Shown one piece after another: positions 53,961 to 63,936 of a stretch of 64,000 bases of DNA (within the stretch, counting starts at the first letter, position 1; each line of letters starts with the position of its first letter). The notes below the pieces were generated by a model that was not told where the DNA came from, did not search any database, and was given only the letters and a program-made list of their open reading frames with translations. Made by a program: the position numbers and the translations under genes. Source of the DNA: Escherichia phage phi92; the sequence record NC_023693.1. The stretch is one strand, 5' to 3'.

Positions 53961-54512
53961 ATGAAAAAAGATGTTATTTACACTGGCTTTGAACTATATC
54001 AACCAGAATTGACAGAAGAAAATGTCATCTATCTTTCAATAGGTGCTGGTTTTCTTAAAGATAAAGATGGTAATGATTGGTACGAAATTCAGAAATATTT
54101 ATCCAAAAATTACCCTGATGCCTATTTCTTAACTCTAGATCACAACAATGTAGTTGTTGCAGCTACGAAAGATGTTTCTACATATTTTCCCGCTGGTCTT
54201 ACTGTTCTTGTAACATACAATGTTCCAGATAAAATAGAAGAAGAAAGCAACCTAGGGTCGTGGAGATATGACAATGGTAAGTTTATTTCTCATAATGGGT
54301 TTGCAATAGAAGATGCCAACCTTAAGATGGAAAAAGAATTAACTTGGGCCACAAATCAAATATCTGCAATTCAAGATTTAGAGGAATTACAAGGTTTATC
54401 TGAAGAACAAAAAGATTGGTTAGGAAAAGTTAAACTATATCGTGCAACACTGATTCAAATTAACGTTGAAGATGCACCTAATATAACTTGGCCTACAAGA
54501 CCTAAGAAATAG
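53961..54512 (+). CDS. hypothetical protein, possible tail fibre assembly factor
   Basis: position immediately after fibre gene; no motif. Confidence 0.3.
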   Translation: MKKDVIYTGFELYQPELTEENVIYLSIGAGFLKDKDGNDWYEIQKYLSKNYPDAYFLTLDHNNVVVAATKDVSTYFPAGLTVLVTYNVPDKIEEESNLGSWRYDNGKFISHNGFAIEDANLKMEKELTWATNQISAIQDLEELQGLSEEQKDWLGKVKLYRATLIQINVEDAPNITWPTRPKK

Positions 54513-54521
54513 GGGTAATGT

Positions 54522-54863
54522 ATGGAGCTAACAGAAGTATGGGATATCGCTAAAGAGGCGATTATCCCTCTTATTGGTGTAATCTGGGTGGTCTTCAAAC
54601 AGAAGATAGATGATATAGCAAGTGATTTGGATAAAATGGAAGACAAATACCGCGAACTAGAAAAGAAGTTGGTGTTTGTTGAATCCACTTATGCTACCAA
54701 AGCAGAACTTGCTCAAATGCTTAACCAGATCAACTCTACATTAATGGCAAATAATACTGCCTTAGAACAGAAGATTGAAAAAATAATGGATTTAAAAAAT
54801 GCTCCTGTTCAATTAATGCTAGAGGAGATTACGAAGCGCACACAAAGTAAGGACAAAAATTAA
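54522..54863 (+). CDS. hypothetical protein with N-terminal hydrophobic helix and coiled coil
   Basis: ORF only. Confidence 0.3.
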   Translation: MELTEVWDIAKEAIIPLIGVIWVVFKQKIDDIASDLDKMEDKYRELEKKLVFVESTYATKAELAQMLNQINSTLMANNTALEQKIEKIMDLKNAPVQLMLEEITKRTQSKDKN

Positions 54864-57277
54864 TGGCGAATTTTCCAACATATCCTGCTACGACACTAGA
54901 ACAAGGTGTTGATCTGGTTATATTCTCGTCTAACCAGATGCATGATGTTATTAATGGGGATGCTACAGCAACTGTAGAAACCGAAACAGGTTTAATACCT
55001 ACACTGCGTAAAGCACTTGTTGATAACTTCTTCTTTAAGAGTCCTGTTGCTTGGTCAGCAGGATCAACTGAAACTGTATTTAACCAGTTACGTTATTTTG
55101 AAAACGGTATCTTGAGTGGGTACTATTATGCCCCATCTGCCACTACTGCGAACCCTGTACCTATGCAGGGCACACCTGTAGGGGACAGTAACTGGACTCT
55201 GTACGCTCTTAAAACTGAACAGTTAGCTTCAGATGTGTATCCTTGGTATTTTAAAGGTGCTACAGGATATGAAACAGAAATCAGTCCTCCTTATATCTTT
55301 GATAATGCTATTGTCACCATTAACGGTGTAATTCAGATTCAAGGTGAAGCATTTACTATCAAAGATAGTAAAATTATTCTGGCAGAACCATTAGGTTTAG
55401 ATCCGTCTACTGGTCTACCTAACAAATTGTTTGCTTTTATTGGTAAAACAACAGCCTCTACTTCTTACGTAGAGAAAAACCTTTTGTCATCTACCACTGG
55501 TGCAGCAATGGTTGGTCTTCCATCTGGAGGCAACCTGTTACAAGCTCAATACTTTGTAACGCCTGAGCAGTTTGGTGCAATTGGTGATGGAGTTACCGAT
55601 GATACTCAAGCAATTTTAAAAACTATTACTTTCGCTAACACGAATAACATTCAAGTACGTGCAGATAAGAATTATAGATTCACAAGCTCAATTGCTATGT
55701 CTGGTGTTCGTTGGTATGGTGGTACATTCACTGGTAACGGTGGAACAATGATTTCTACTGTGTCCTGTTGGATGGAAAACGTTCGCTTTGAAAAATGTTA
55801 TGTTAAGATGTTAGGTGGTGATTGCCGATTCTATCGTAATATCTTCTCCAACGCAACATCTACAGCAGCATTCTTAATGCAAGCAATGACAAGTGAAGGT
55901 ACGTTGGACTTCAGTTACAACGAAATGTATGGTTGTAAATATGCGATCCTGCAACAAGGTACTGGAGAAGTAATGACCTATGGGCGTTACTCTAACAACT
56001 ATATTCACGATATCAAAGGTGATGCTATTGAACTTAACGTAGTTCAAAAACACTACACTGAAGGTTTGATTATCGAGAATAACCACATTGCTAACGTAGA
56101 TGCTTCTGGACAAGGTGCAAACTGGGGTATTGGTATTGGTGTAGCAGGTAGTGGCCCATATGGTGTTGATGTTCCTGATTCACAATATGTACGTAACTTC
56201 AGTATCGTTGGGAATAGGGTTTACAATTGCCGTCAATGTCTACACGTTGAAATGGGTAAAAACTTCACGATACGTGATAATGAAGTTTATCCTAACACAG
56301 CAGTTTCAACAGGTACAGGTTTAACTACTTGTGGTGTTGCATTATACGGATGCCAAGATTTTGAAGTTGATGGTTTAACTGGTTATCTGCTTAATGATCC
56401 ATCTGTTTCAACACGCATGGTCTTTATTGACTGGGGTGTTAACAATGGTAGATATGCGGGGCCACCAATTAACTTTACAATTAAGAATTTGGATATTCCA
56501 GAATCTTCAATTGAGATTGCAACATCTGGATCAGATGCCTGGGAAAACTCTACAATTGTTAGTAATATCAATTGTAATGTTTTTAAATGGCGTGGGCTAC
56601 CATCTAGCTCTACCTTTAATAATATTCGTTGCCGTAGTATTGACTTTATTGGTCAACACGGAAGCGGAGAAGGAAGTGGTGGCGGTTTCTATACTCGCAG
56701 CCAATTCACGTATATGAAGTGGGTAGGATGTACAGCACTTAGCGGAGATGAAACAACAGTTTCTTTTGCTAAAATCTACACTGATCGTTGCGATCAGGTT
56801 GGAAATAACTTTGGTGTTCCAACTGCTGTTGATGGTACAGGTCATCGTGGGCCAGTTTTAACTACTATTTCTGAACAATATTTTACAGCTTATGATGAAT
56901 TCCCAGGTGGGCGTGAATTCCCTACTGGAACAGTTATTCATTGTGCAAGCGGTAAAAAACATGTTGTTACAGTAGGTGGTGCTTTCTTTAGTGACAACGA
57001 GAAAATAAAAGCAACTGTTACAGGTCAAACCTATCTACAGTCTAATGCTTTAAACTGGGCTAGTAATGGCTACGCTAAAGCAGCAGGTACTAAGATTGTT
57101 ATTCCAGGTGCAGGTGCAAATGGCGGCGATCTTGTGACAACTATAGCACGTGCTACATACGTGACAAATAGTTTGTACACAATAGATATTGCAGATCCAA
57201 TTGTAACACCTACAGCAGAGAATACACAAATTAAAGCTCTGAATCCTGTTACTTTTGTTACTGTCAATAATGCTTAA
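54863..57277 (+). CDS. tailspike with right-handed beta-helix (pectate-lyase-like) domain
   Basis: GAIGDGVTDDTQAI motif typical of beta-helix tailspike depolymerases; 804 aa; terminator follows. Confidence 0.65.
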   Translation: MANFPTYPATTLEQGVDLVIFSSNQMHDVINGDATATVETETGLIPTLRKALVDNFFFKSPVAWSAGSTETVFNQLRYFENGILSGYYYAPSATTANPVPMQGTPVGDSNWTLYALKTEQLASDVYPWYFKGATGYETEISPPYIFDNAIVTINGVIQIQGEAFTIKDSKIILAEPLGLDPSTGLPNKLFAFIGKTTASTSYVEKNLLSSTTGAAMVGLPSGGNLLQAQYFVTPEQFGAIGDGVTDDTQAILKTITFANTNNIQVRADKNYRFTSSIAMSGVRWYGGTFTGNGGTMISTVSCWMENVRFEKCYVKMLGGDCRFYRNIFSNATSTAAFLMQAMTSEGTLDFSYNEMYGCKYAILQQGTGEVMTYGRYSNNYIHDIKGDAIELNVVQKHYTEGLIIENNHIANVDASGQGANWGIGIGVAGSGPYGVDVPDSQYVRNFSIVGNRVYNCRQCLHVEMGKNFTIRDNEVYPNTAVSTGTGLTTCGVALYGCQDFEVDGLTGYLLNDPSVSTRMVFIDWGVNNGRYAGPPINFTIKNLDIPESSIEIATSGSDAWENSTIVSNINCNVFKWRGLPSSSTFNNIRCRSIDFIGQHGSGEGSGGGFYTRSQFTYMKWVGCTALSGDETTVSFAKIYTDRCDQVGNNFGVPTAVDGTGHRGPVLTTISEQYFTAYDEFPGGREFPTGTVIHCASGKKHVVTVGGAFFSDNEKIKATVTGQTYLQSNALNWASNGYAKAAGTKIVIPGAGANGGDLVTTIARATYVTNSLYTIDIADPIVTPTAENTQIKALNPVTFVTVNNA

Positions 57278-57280
57278 TTA

Positions 57281-57303
57281 AAAAGGGGCGAAAGCCCCTT
57301 TAT
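57281..57303 (+). terminator. rho-independent terminator
   Basis: AGGGGC-GAAA-GCCCCT followed by TTAT. Confidence 0.65.
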
Positions 57304-57318
57304 AAAAGGAGTAGTAAA

Positions 57319-59280
57319 GTGATTTTAACACGTCCAAATAGTGCCATTGCAGACATGGTAGAGTCTCGCTATAGAAAGCGTAGAAGTTTTGCAAGTGGTT
57401 TTACCTTAAGAGATGCTCGTGAAGCATTGCTCTTTGAAACTGACGGTAACTACTATCAGTGGAAAGGTTCTCTACCTAAAGTTGTACCTGCTAACTCTAC
57501 TCCTACATCTACTGGAGGGATTTCAGATACAGCTTGGAAAAATGTGGGTAATGCAGATGACATTGCTCAAATAGAATCAGAATTAGATGCTATTGAAGCT
57601 GAAATTGAAGATCTTAGAGAATCCATCCCAGAAGCTGGTAAATCAGCTTACCAAATTGCCGTAGACAATGGTTTCCAAGGTACTGAGACACAGTGGTTGG
57701 CTTCTTTAAAAGGTGATCCAGGTGCTCCATTAAAGCTACTAGGGACGCTATCTAATACCAACCAATTACCTACAACTGGAAACAATGCAGGGGATGCATG
57801 GATTGTAGGCGAGAATATGTATGCTTGGGATGGTACTGCTTGGAGAAAAGTAAACTCACAGGGGCCAGAAGGTAAATCTGCTTATGAAGTATGGCTTGCA
57901 GCAGGAAACGAAGGTACAGAACTAGATTATCTTGCCGCAATTAAAGGTGATAAAGGGGAGCCTGGCCCAGAGGGGCCACAAGGTGTGCCAGGTAATAATG
58001 CTAATGGTTTTGATTACCAAGGCGCAGCTAATTCCGTTTCAGATCTTCCTTCTGCATCTCCTGGAAACACATCTCAAGCATGGAGTATTGGTACATATCT
58101 ATACGTGTCAAACGGTGTAGAATGGATCAATATGGGCGCTATAGTGGGGCCAAAAGGAGATAAAGGCGACAAAGGAGATAAGGGTAACACTGGTGATTCA
58201 GCTTATCAAGTCTGGTTAAATGCTGGTAACGTTGGTACTATTGACGAATATATTGCCTCTCTGAAAGGAGAAAAAGGTGATAAGGGAGACAAGGGTGATC
58301 AAGGTGCACAGGGTATACAAGGCTTGACGGGGCCAACTGGTGCAGGGTTGACCATTATTGACATTCTGACTAGCACTTCTGAACTACCACAAACTGGAGA
58401 AGATGGTGATGGTTATCTGATCAATAATGAACTTTGGGTCTGGTTGCAAGGAGCCACAGAGTGGACAAATGTTGGTCGTTTAGCTGGTACTCCAATCACT
58501 GCAAAAGGATACGTTGCGTCTGCAAGTGCACTTCCTCCTACAGCCAATTACGGTGATGCTTATCTGACGGAAGATACAGGTCATCTTTACATTTACACCT
58601 ATGATGAACAAACTCAAACTGCTGAATATGTAGATATGGGTAGTTTGAAAGGTGATAAGGGTGAAAAAGGTGACGCTGGTACTAACGGTACAGACGGTGC
58701 AACTTGGATTGTTAAAACAACAGATCCAATCTCTAGTGATGGTAAACAAGGTGATTATGCCTTTAATATCTCCACTGGCGAGGTGTTCTTAAAAACATCT
58801 GCAACTATCTGGACTTCTCAAGGTACACTACCTAGTATCACAGATGCACCTAGTGATGGTAAGACTTATGCTCGTAAAGATGGAGCATGGGAAGAACTCA
58901 CTAATTCTGTAGATGGTCAAGATATAGTTCCAACAAAAGTAACAACTAATTTTATAGAGGTTACAGCATATACTAACAATTCTGTTACAGGGGACTGGAC
59001 ACCTCCAGGAACACATAACATGAATGTGTTGAATCTTACTGGTAACTCTACTATAAAAGCATGGCCTGGTGTCGAAGATAGCACAAAACCTAAACCATTC
59101 TCTGCAATAGTTTATCTTATCCAAGATGCCACTGGAGGTCGTACTGTTACTTTAGATCCATCTTACAAAGTAATTGGTTCCAGTGATATTAATACAGATC
59201 CTAACGGAGTAACAATACTACAACTAACATATTGTGGTGTTGGCGATTACGTGGATGCTATTGTTGCTAAACGCACATAA
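57319..59280 (+). CDS. tail fibre with collagen-like Gly-X-Y repeats
   Basis: runs such as GDKGEPGPEGPQGVPG and GEKGDKGDKGDQGAQGIQGLTGPTGAG. Confidence 0.65.
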   Translation: MILTRPNSAIADMVESRYRKRRSFASGFTLRDAREALLFETDGNYYQWKGSLPKVVPANSTPTSTGGISDTAWKNVGNADDIAQIESELDAIEAEIEDLRESIPEAGKSAYQIAVDNGFQGTETQWLASLKGDPGAPLKLLGTLSNTNQLPTTGNNAGDAWIVGENMYAWDGTAWRKVNSQGPEGKSAYEVWLAAGNEGTELDYLAAIKGDKGEPGPEGPQGVPGNNANGFDYQGAANSVSDLPSASPGNTSQAWSIGTYLYVSNGVEWINMGAIVGPKGDKGDKGDKGNTGDSAYQVWLNAGNVGTIDEYIASLKGEKGDKGDKGDQGAQGIQGLTGPTGAGLTIIDILTSTSELPQTGEDGDGYLINNELWVWLQGATEWTNVGRLAGTPITAKGYVASASALPPTANYGDAYLTEDTGHLYIYTYDEQTQTAEYVDMGSLKGDKGEKGDAGTNGTDGATWIVKTTDPISSDGKQGDYAFNISTGEVFLKTSATIWTSQGTLPSITDAPSDGKTYARKDGAWEELTNSVDGQDIVPTKVTTNFIEVTAYTNNSVTGDWTPPGTHNMNVLNLTGNSTIKAWPGVEDSTKPKPFSAIVYLIQDATGGRTVTLDPSYKVIGSSDINTDPNGVTILQLTYCGVGDYVDAIVAKRT

Positions 59281-59282
59281 TC

Positions 59283-59306
59283 AAAGCCCCTTCGGGGGCT
59301 TATTAT
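59283..59306 (+). terminator. rho-independent terminator
   Basis: AGCCCC-TTCG-GGGGCT followed by T-rich tract. Confidence 0.65.
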
Positions 59307-59319
59307 TTAAGGAGATTAA

Positions 59320-59928
59320 ATGTATCCTATTCCTTTATTTATGTCAACAACATCAGCTTCAGTAGTAACAGCTACATCTATAACTACTTCCTCTATTGGT
59401 ATTGCAATAGTTGGTGGTAAAAAACAACTGACATACACAGTTACACCGGAAGATGGTGCATTATTTGATATAGCTTTTTCATCTTCAGATAATACCAAAA
59501 TGGTTATAGATAATAGTGGTATGATGGAGTTTGTTGCCGAAGGTGGTTTTGATGCAATAATGACAGCTAAAAATAATTTAGGTGCTGTCTTAACTGATCA
59601 ATCTGGTGGCTATGCTTCAGAATTAAGTGTGTACACTGAAAGTCTATCGGCTATGGATGTAGGCACTACTCAACAGTTGGTTGCTACAATCAGTCCAGAA
59701 GGTGCTAAAGACCTTCCAGATATGGTAATTACATACACCACAACAGATCCAGAAGTAGCTACTGTAAGCCCTACAGGGTTAATAACTGCTCTTAAAGATG
59801 GCGGTTGCCGTATAGGTTGTACTGCAACGTATCAAGGAACAGTTGTGGCCTCTGATAGGTCTTATTTAGGTGTTAATGCTATTCCTGTTATTTCTAATGT
59901 AACAGCCGTATCTTTAATAACTCAATAG
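59320..59928 (+). CDS. Ig-like (Big_2-type) domain protein
   Basis: two Ig-like repeats (VATVSPTGLITALKDGG pattern), Ser/Thr-rich N-terminus. Confidence 0.5.
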   Translation: MYPIPLFMSTTSASVVTATSITTSSIGIAIVGGKKQLTYTVTPEDGALFDIAFSSSDNTKMVIDNSGMMEFVAEGGFDAIMTAKNNLGAVLTDQSGGYASELSVYTESLSAMDVGTTQQLVATISPEGAKDLPDMVITYTTTDPEVATVSPTGLITALKDGGCRIGCTATYQGTVVASDRSYLGVNAIPVISNVTAVSLITQ

Positions 59929-60982
59929 CTACAGATGATTCGTTCATTAAAGAAGTTATTGTCTTTGCTGGACAAGATAACGTAAATGCACACTTTACAG
60001 AACTATCTGGTGCAAATAAAGCAGCAATGAGTAGCACAACAGCCCGTAATGCATATGCTACGCAACGTGGTTTAGCAAATGCTGAAGTTCTTCCGTGTTA
60101 AATACAGCTTCTGGATCATCAGCAGCAGATAAATATGCTGACGATAAAGCTGGAACAGGTACACCAGATAACTACTGGTATGATCTGGATAACACAGCAG
60201 ATGGGCCATGCTTAACTAACTTTATCACTAAAGTCACACCTTATGCAAGTAAGGTTAAAGCAATTATTTGGGGACAAGGTGAAAATGATGCTGTATCAGC
60301 ATCTTCGACTGTTGCAGGTAGGTACAGTAACACTACACGTTACCATGATGCTACGATAGCTATCTTTGATAAGATGCGTACAATAGTTCCTGCTTCTCAA
60401 GCAAAAATTGTTTGGCAGATCCTAGGACGTTCTTATTTATATGGTGTAGAAGTTAATGGTGTGGATTGGCAGAAGTACAGAAATGTACAAAGAACCATCT
60501 CTACAGCACGTGATGATGTTATCATTGGTTCTTGGGTAGATGGTGCTGAACGTTACAGTGGTTATGTTTATGAAGAAGGTATTGATGGTCGTATCCATTA
60601 TATTTCTTCTGTATACCAAACAGCAGCTACAAAACTTGCTAAATCAGCAGCAGACGGTACAGATTTAACATCAACGTCACCTGTTTGGGTTGATATGTCT
60701 GTTCCAACAGGAGGAGCCGCTGTAAGACAAGCTAACCAAGATGTAATTATCTCTTGGGAACCAGCAGGATATACTAAACATTACTTCCGAAATGTAAACG
60801 TCCTCACAGCAGCAATTCTTACAGAACAAACCCTGGATACTAACACTTACACATTTACTTATGCAGATCAGGTTGAACAATATGGATTTGCAGCAGGTAC
60901 AACAGTGTTTGATGTTGCACACTATGATGCTGATAATGACGTGTTATCACCTCTTGTCAGATTTACAGTCAATGTTACATAA
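59898..60982 (+). pseudogene. SGNH/SASA-like esterase gene split across two reading frames (frameshifted or recoded)
   Basis: open frame 59898-60098 with no ATG near its start encodes VFAGQDNVNAH (GQSN-like block); continues in another frame from 60095 with IIWGQGENDA; the preceding Ig-like ORF ends at 59928 in a third frame. Confidence 0.4.
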
Positions 60983-60985
60983 ACA

Positions 60986-61010
60986 AAAAGGAGCCATTAG
61001 GCTCCTTTTC
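60986..61010. terminator. bidirectional terminator hairpin (copy 1 of repeated hairpin)
   Basis: AAAAGGAGCC-ATTA-GGCTCCTTTT between convergent genes. Confidence 0.65.
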
Positions 61011-61017
61011 TTTTATC

Positions 61018-61449
61018 TTAATCAGTGAAAATTACGCTTACATCTTCTTTAGAGAAGAGTTTATGATCTTCACCTTTTGTCTCAAGAGTTTCATACAGAT
61101 TAAGAAGTTCTGAAACGTCTTTCTCTACCAGTTTCTTCAATGTTGCAATTTTCTGTTTGCGACTCTTAATACGTTCAGCTACAACCTTACGCTGGTATCC
61201 GGCAGTACGATAACCTGAGAAAGTTACACCAGTGAGACTTGCAGTTACAGGATCGTAGTGACGTTCAATCTGAAATTTATTAAAAGGTACAGCGTCATCA
61301 CGAATAATCTTACCGCCATTACTTACTTGACGAAGACCAGTAACTTGCTCCAGTCGTGCCATAGAAATCTTTGGAGACAGACCAGAGTCTAGGTTCATAC
61401 CATTGTTAATCAGTGCTTTCAGGGTGATTTTGCTGTTCAGTGTACTCAT
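61018..61449 (-). CDS. hypothetical protein (143 aa)
   Basis: ORF downstream of methyltransferase gene on the same strand. Confidence 0.4.
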   Translation of the reverse strand: MSTLNSKITLKALINNGMNLDSGLSPKISMARLEQVTGLRQVSNGGKIIRDDAVPFNKFQIERHYDPVTASLTGVTFSGYRTAGYQRKVVAERIKSRKQKIATLKKLVEKDVSELLNLYETLETKGEDHKLFSKEDVSVIFTD

Positions 61450-62137
61450 TTAGTCGTTCCTCCGCTTGCTTAAAAATATTTACATCGGCTTCACAGCCAA
61501 AGTATTCTCTACCTGTTAAAAGTGCCGCAACTTGTGTTGTTGCACTTCCAGAGAAGAAGTCTAAGACTACATCTCCTTCGTTGGTGTGTATATTAATAAG
61601 GTCACAAAACAAAGTCAAGTGTTTTTGTGTTGGATGAAAACGATCTGCTCCTTGATAGATAGGATACTCAAACACACCCTTATGGTAGGAAGCATTGAAG
61701 GTTGGCTTCGAACCTTTAACACAAACAATAGCCATCTCTTTAGCGTTACTAAGATAGTTAACACCACTGTTGATGGGTACAGGGTTTGTTTTAATCCATT
61801 CAATAGTACGGAACATACGAAAACCAAGCGGTTCAAGGATTTCACGTAGCTCCTGGATCTTCCAGATATCATACCAAACTATGCAAGTACCACCTTTTCT
61901 AAGCACCCTGTAGGCTTCTTTGAATACTTCTTTAAAGTAAGGAATATCTACAACATCCCAATCACCAAAGTTGTAAGATACACGGAATCTATCCGTATCT
62001 TTTCCAGTCGGCTCTCCAGATTGAAAATTTGTGTCACGAGAAATAGCATATGGTGGGTCAGTAAGAATCAAATCTACACTATTGCTTTCGAGGGTTTGCA
62101 GGTAGTTTAATGCGGTGTTGTTTACAAATTCGCTCAT
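61406..62137 (-). CDS. DNA methyltransferase (amino-methyltransferase, N6-adenine or N4-cytosine)
   Basis: catalytic DPPY (LILTDPPYA) near N-terminus and AdoMet-binding FFSGSATT near C-terminus. Confidence 0.8.
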   Translation of the reverse strand: MSEFVNNTALNYLQTLESNSVDLILTDPPYAISRDTNFQSGEPTGKDTDRFRVSYNFGDWDVVDIPYFKEVFKEAYRVLRKGGTCIVWYDIWKIQELREILEPLGFRMFRTIEWIKTNPVPINSGVNYLSNAKEMAIVCVKGSKPTFNASYHKGVFEYPIYQGADRFHPTQKHLTLFCDLINIHTNEGDVVLDFFSGSATTQVAALLTGREYFGCEADVNIFKQAEERLNEYTEQQNHPESTD

Positions 62138-62150
62138 TATATCTCCTTCA

Positions 62151-62175
62151 AAGAAAAGGAGCCGTTAGGCTCCTT
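62151..62175. terminator. terminator hairpin (copy 2 of repeated hairpin)
   Basis: AAAGGAGCC-GTTA-GGCTCCTT, near-identical to the hairpin at 60986-61010. Confidence 0.6.
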
Positions 62176-62197
62176 ATATTCACACAATACTTAACTA

Positions 62198-63145
62198 TTA
62201 GAAACAGTGCAGGAAGTTTCGACCATACTGCAAACCAATAGGAGCAAATGGGATATCATCATCGAAATCTTGAACAACAGGTTCTGATTCTTTCGGTGCT
62301 GGCTCTTTCTTCTCTACTTTTTTAGTTTCTTTCTTAACTTCTTGTACTGAGGTAGACATTCCACGGATAGCAGCAGCTACTTTATCAGACAAAGCAAGAA
62401 CTTCACGAGCAGCTTCAATAATCTCTTCTGCCGTTACAGTTTTACCTGTATGATCACGACAAGCGTTAAGAATTGCGTGTCCAACTGAAGCACCAAGATC
62501 ATAGTCAGTCGCAGCAGCGCCACGATCTTTAGCAATTTCTGCTTTCAGAGTAACAGTTGCAGATTGTACCACACCAGCCAAGTCGAAAGCATCACCTTTC
62601 ACACCAGCACGTAGAAGCTCCAGAGCGCCGTTTACAGCGTGTCCTGTTTCAATCCCTACGGTATCACGTTTTTTGTAGTTAGGCTTGCTACCTTCGTTAT
62701 TAGATGGCTTATTTCCACCTTTTGAAGAAGATTGTGCTTGCTGAACACCTTCTGTTGAAAGAACAGTGATTTTACCTTTAGAGGAGTTGTAGTATGTTTT
62801 GCCATTCCATTCGGAAGGTTTAACATCTATAGTTACTTCTACACCTTTTTCGATAGTAATCCACTTATCACCATCTTTAACTTGCAGGTTTTCATGTTCT
62901 GGGTGCAGTTTAACTTCACCTAGGCTAACCCAAACACCTTTATCATCAGCACCAGCACCTTTCTCTTTAATAAGCAGAGATGCTTTGTGAGTTGATTCAA
63001 TTTTCTTATCTGGCTGACCTGCAACCTTAATATAAGAGACTTTCATTTCATCAAACTTATCCAGTTTGACATATTCAACGATACCTTCAGCCCAGAATGC
63101 TTCTTTTTTAGTACGACGGTCGATTTCAGAATTAATTACTGGCAT
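62198..63145 (-). CDS. single-stranded DNA-binding protein-like
   Basis: C-terminal acidic tail DFDDDIPF identical in form to the bacterial SSB tip; Gly/Ser/Asn-rich linker. Confidence 0.55.
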   Translation of the reverse strand: MPVINSEIDRRTKKEAFWAEGIVEYVKLDKFDEMKVSYIKVAGQPDKKIESTHKASLLIKEKGAGADDKGVWVSLGEVKLHPEHENLQVKDGDKWITIEKGVEVTIDVKPSEWNGKTYYNSSKGKITVLSTEGVQQAQSSSKGGNKPSNNEGSKPNYKKRDTVGIETGHAVNGALELLRAGVKGDAFDLAGVVQSATVTLKAEIAKDRGAAATDYDLGASVGHAILNACRDHTGKTVTAEEIIEAAREVLALSDKVAAAIRGMSTSVQEVKKETKKVEKKEPAPKESEPVVQDFDDDIPFAPIGLQYGRNFLHCF

Positions 63146-63161
63146 AAATTCTCCTCTATAA

Positions 63162-63560
63162 TTACATTACTTTAACACAAAACTCTCGTAAAAGAGTAGC
63201 GTCAGTTTCTTCCAACAGGTATTTACCAAGACCAATACCAAATCCTATTTCACCACTTTCGAAATGGAGGATTTGTATCTTTTCTCCACCAAGGTTAATT
63301 ACTTTTGCTTTTCCAGGATTATCCAAAACATCTCGTATTGTATCCTGTAGTAGCATTAGTTCACGTTTTGTGATAGTGGTTTCAGATATCTCTTTGTTTT
63401 CTACTCTCACTGTTAAACGGTTGTATCCACCAAAGAGACATAGTATTTGAATAAAAAAGGTATTATCTTGAGGTTCAACATCTTTTTTAGTTAGCTCAAG
63501 ACGATTAGTTTCTCTACTGTAGAACGTCTCGACTAAGATTTTAGAACGATTATCTGTCAT
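63162..63560 (-). CDS. hypothetical protein (132 aa)
   Basis: ORF only. Confidence 0.35.
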   Translation of the reverse strand: MTDNRSKILVETFYSRETNRLELTKKDVEPQDNTFFIQILCLFGGYNRLTVRVENKEISETTITKRELMLLQDTIRDVLDNPGKAKVINLGGEKIQILHFESGEIGFGIGLGKYLLEETDATLLREFCVKVM

Positions 63561-63603
63561 TCAAGTCCTCATAATAACACATAATTACAATGTTTGTCAA
63601 CAC

Positions 63604-63936
63604 TTAAATTTTAAATTCTTCATTGTTAAATGAATCCAGTGTACGTACTTCTGGTTCTTTGGGAATGAAAACGTCTTTTACAAAGCGGAACATAGGGAAA
63701 CGTTCTGCCATTTTACGGACGTGTGCTTCTTTACCTGTGTATCGGTGATTAATAGTGCAAATATTAGTTTTCAATGCAAATTCAAAATCTGGATGATATA
63801 CATAATTTTGACCATCCCAGTAACACAAGCAAATAGCTACATCAAAGTTCCATACGATTTCACTGCGTACACCTTCTTCCATGATCATAAAGTTAAACTT
63901 AAGATCTTTATAGTATGCTTCAAATACCCATTTCAA
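63604..63936 (-). CDS. hypothetical protein (110 aa)
   Basis: ORF only. Confidence 0.35.
   Translation of the reverse strand: MKWVFEAYYKDLKFNFMIMEEGVRSEIVWNFDVAICLCYWDGQNYVYHPDFEFALKTNICTINHRYTGKEAHVRKMAERFPMFRFVKDVFIPKEPEVRTLDSFNNEEFKI

Noticed and set aside
57932-58320. Short repeated units in the collagen-like fibre gene considered as CRISPR or tandem DNA repeat
   Set aside because: Repeats are 9-nt Gly-X-Y codon repeats inside a continuous ORF with no spacer architecture; no CRISPR array found anywhere in the window.
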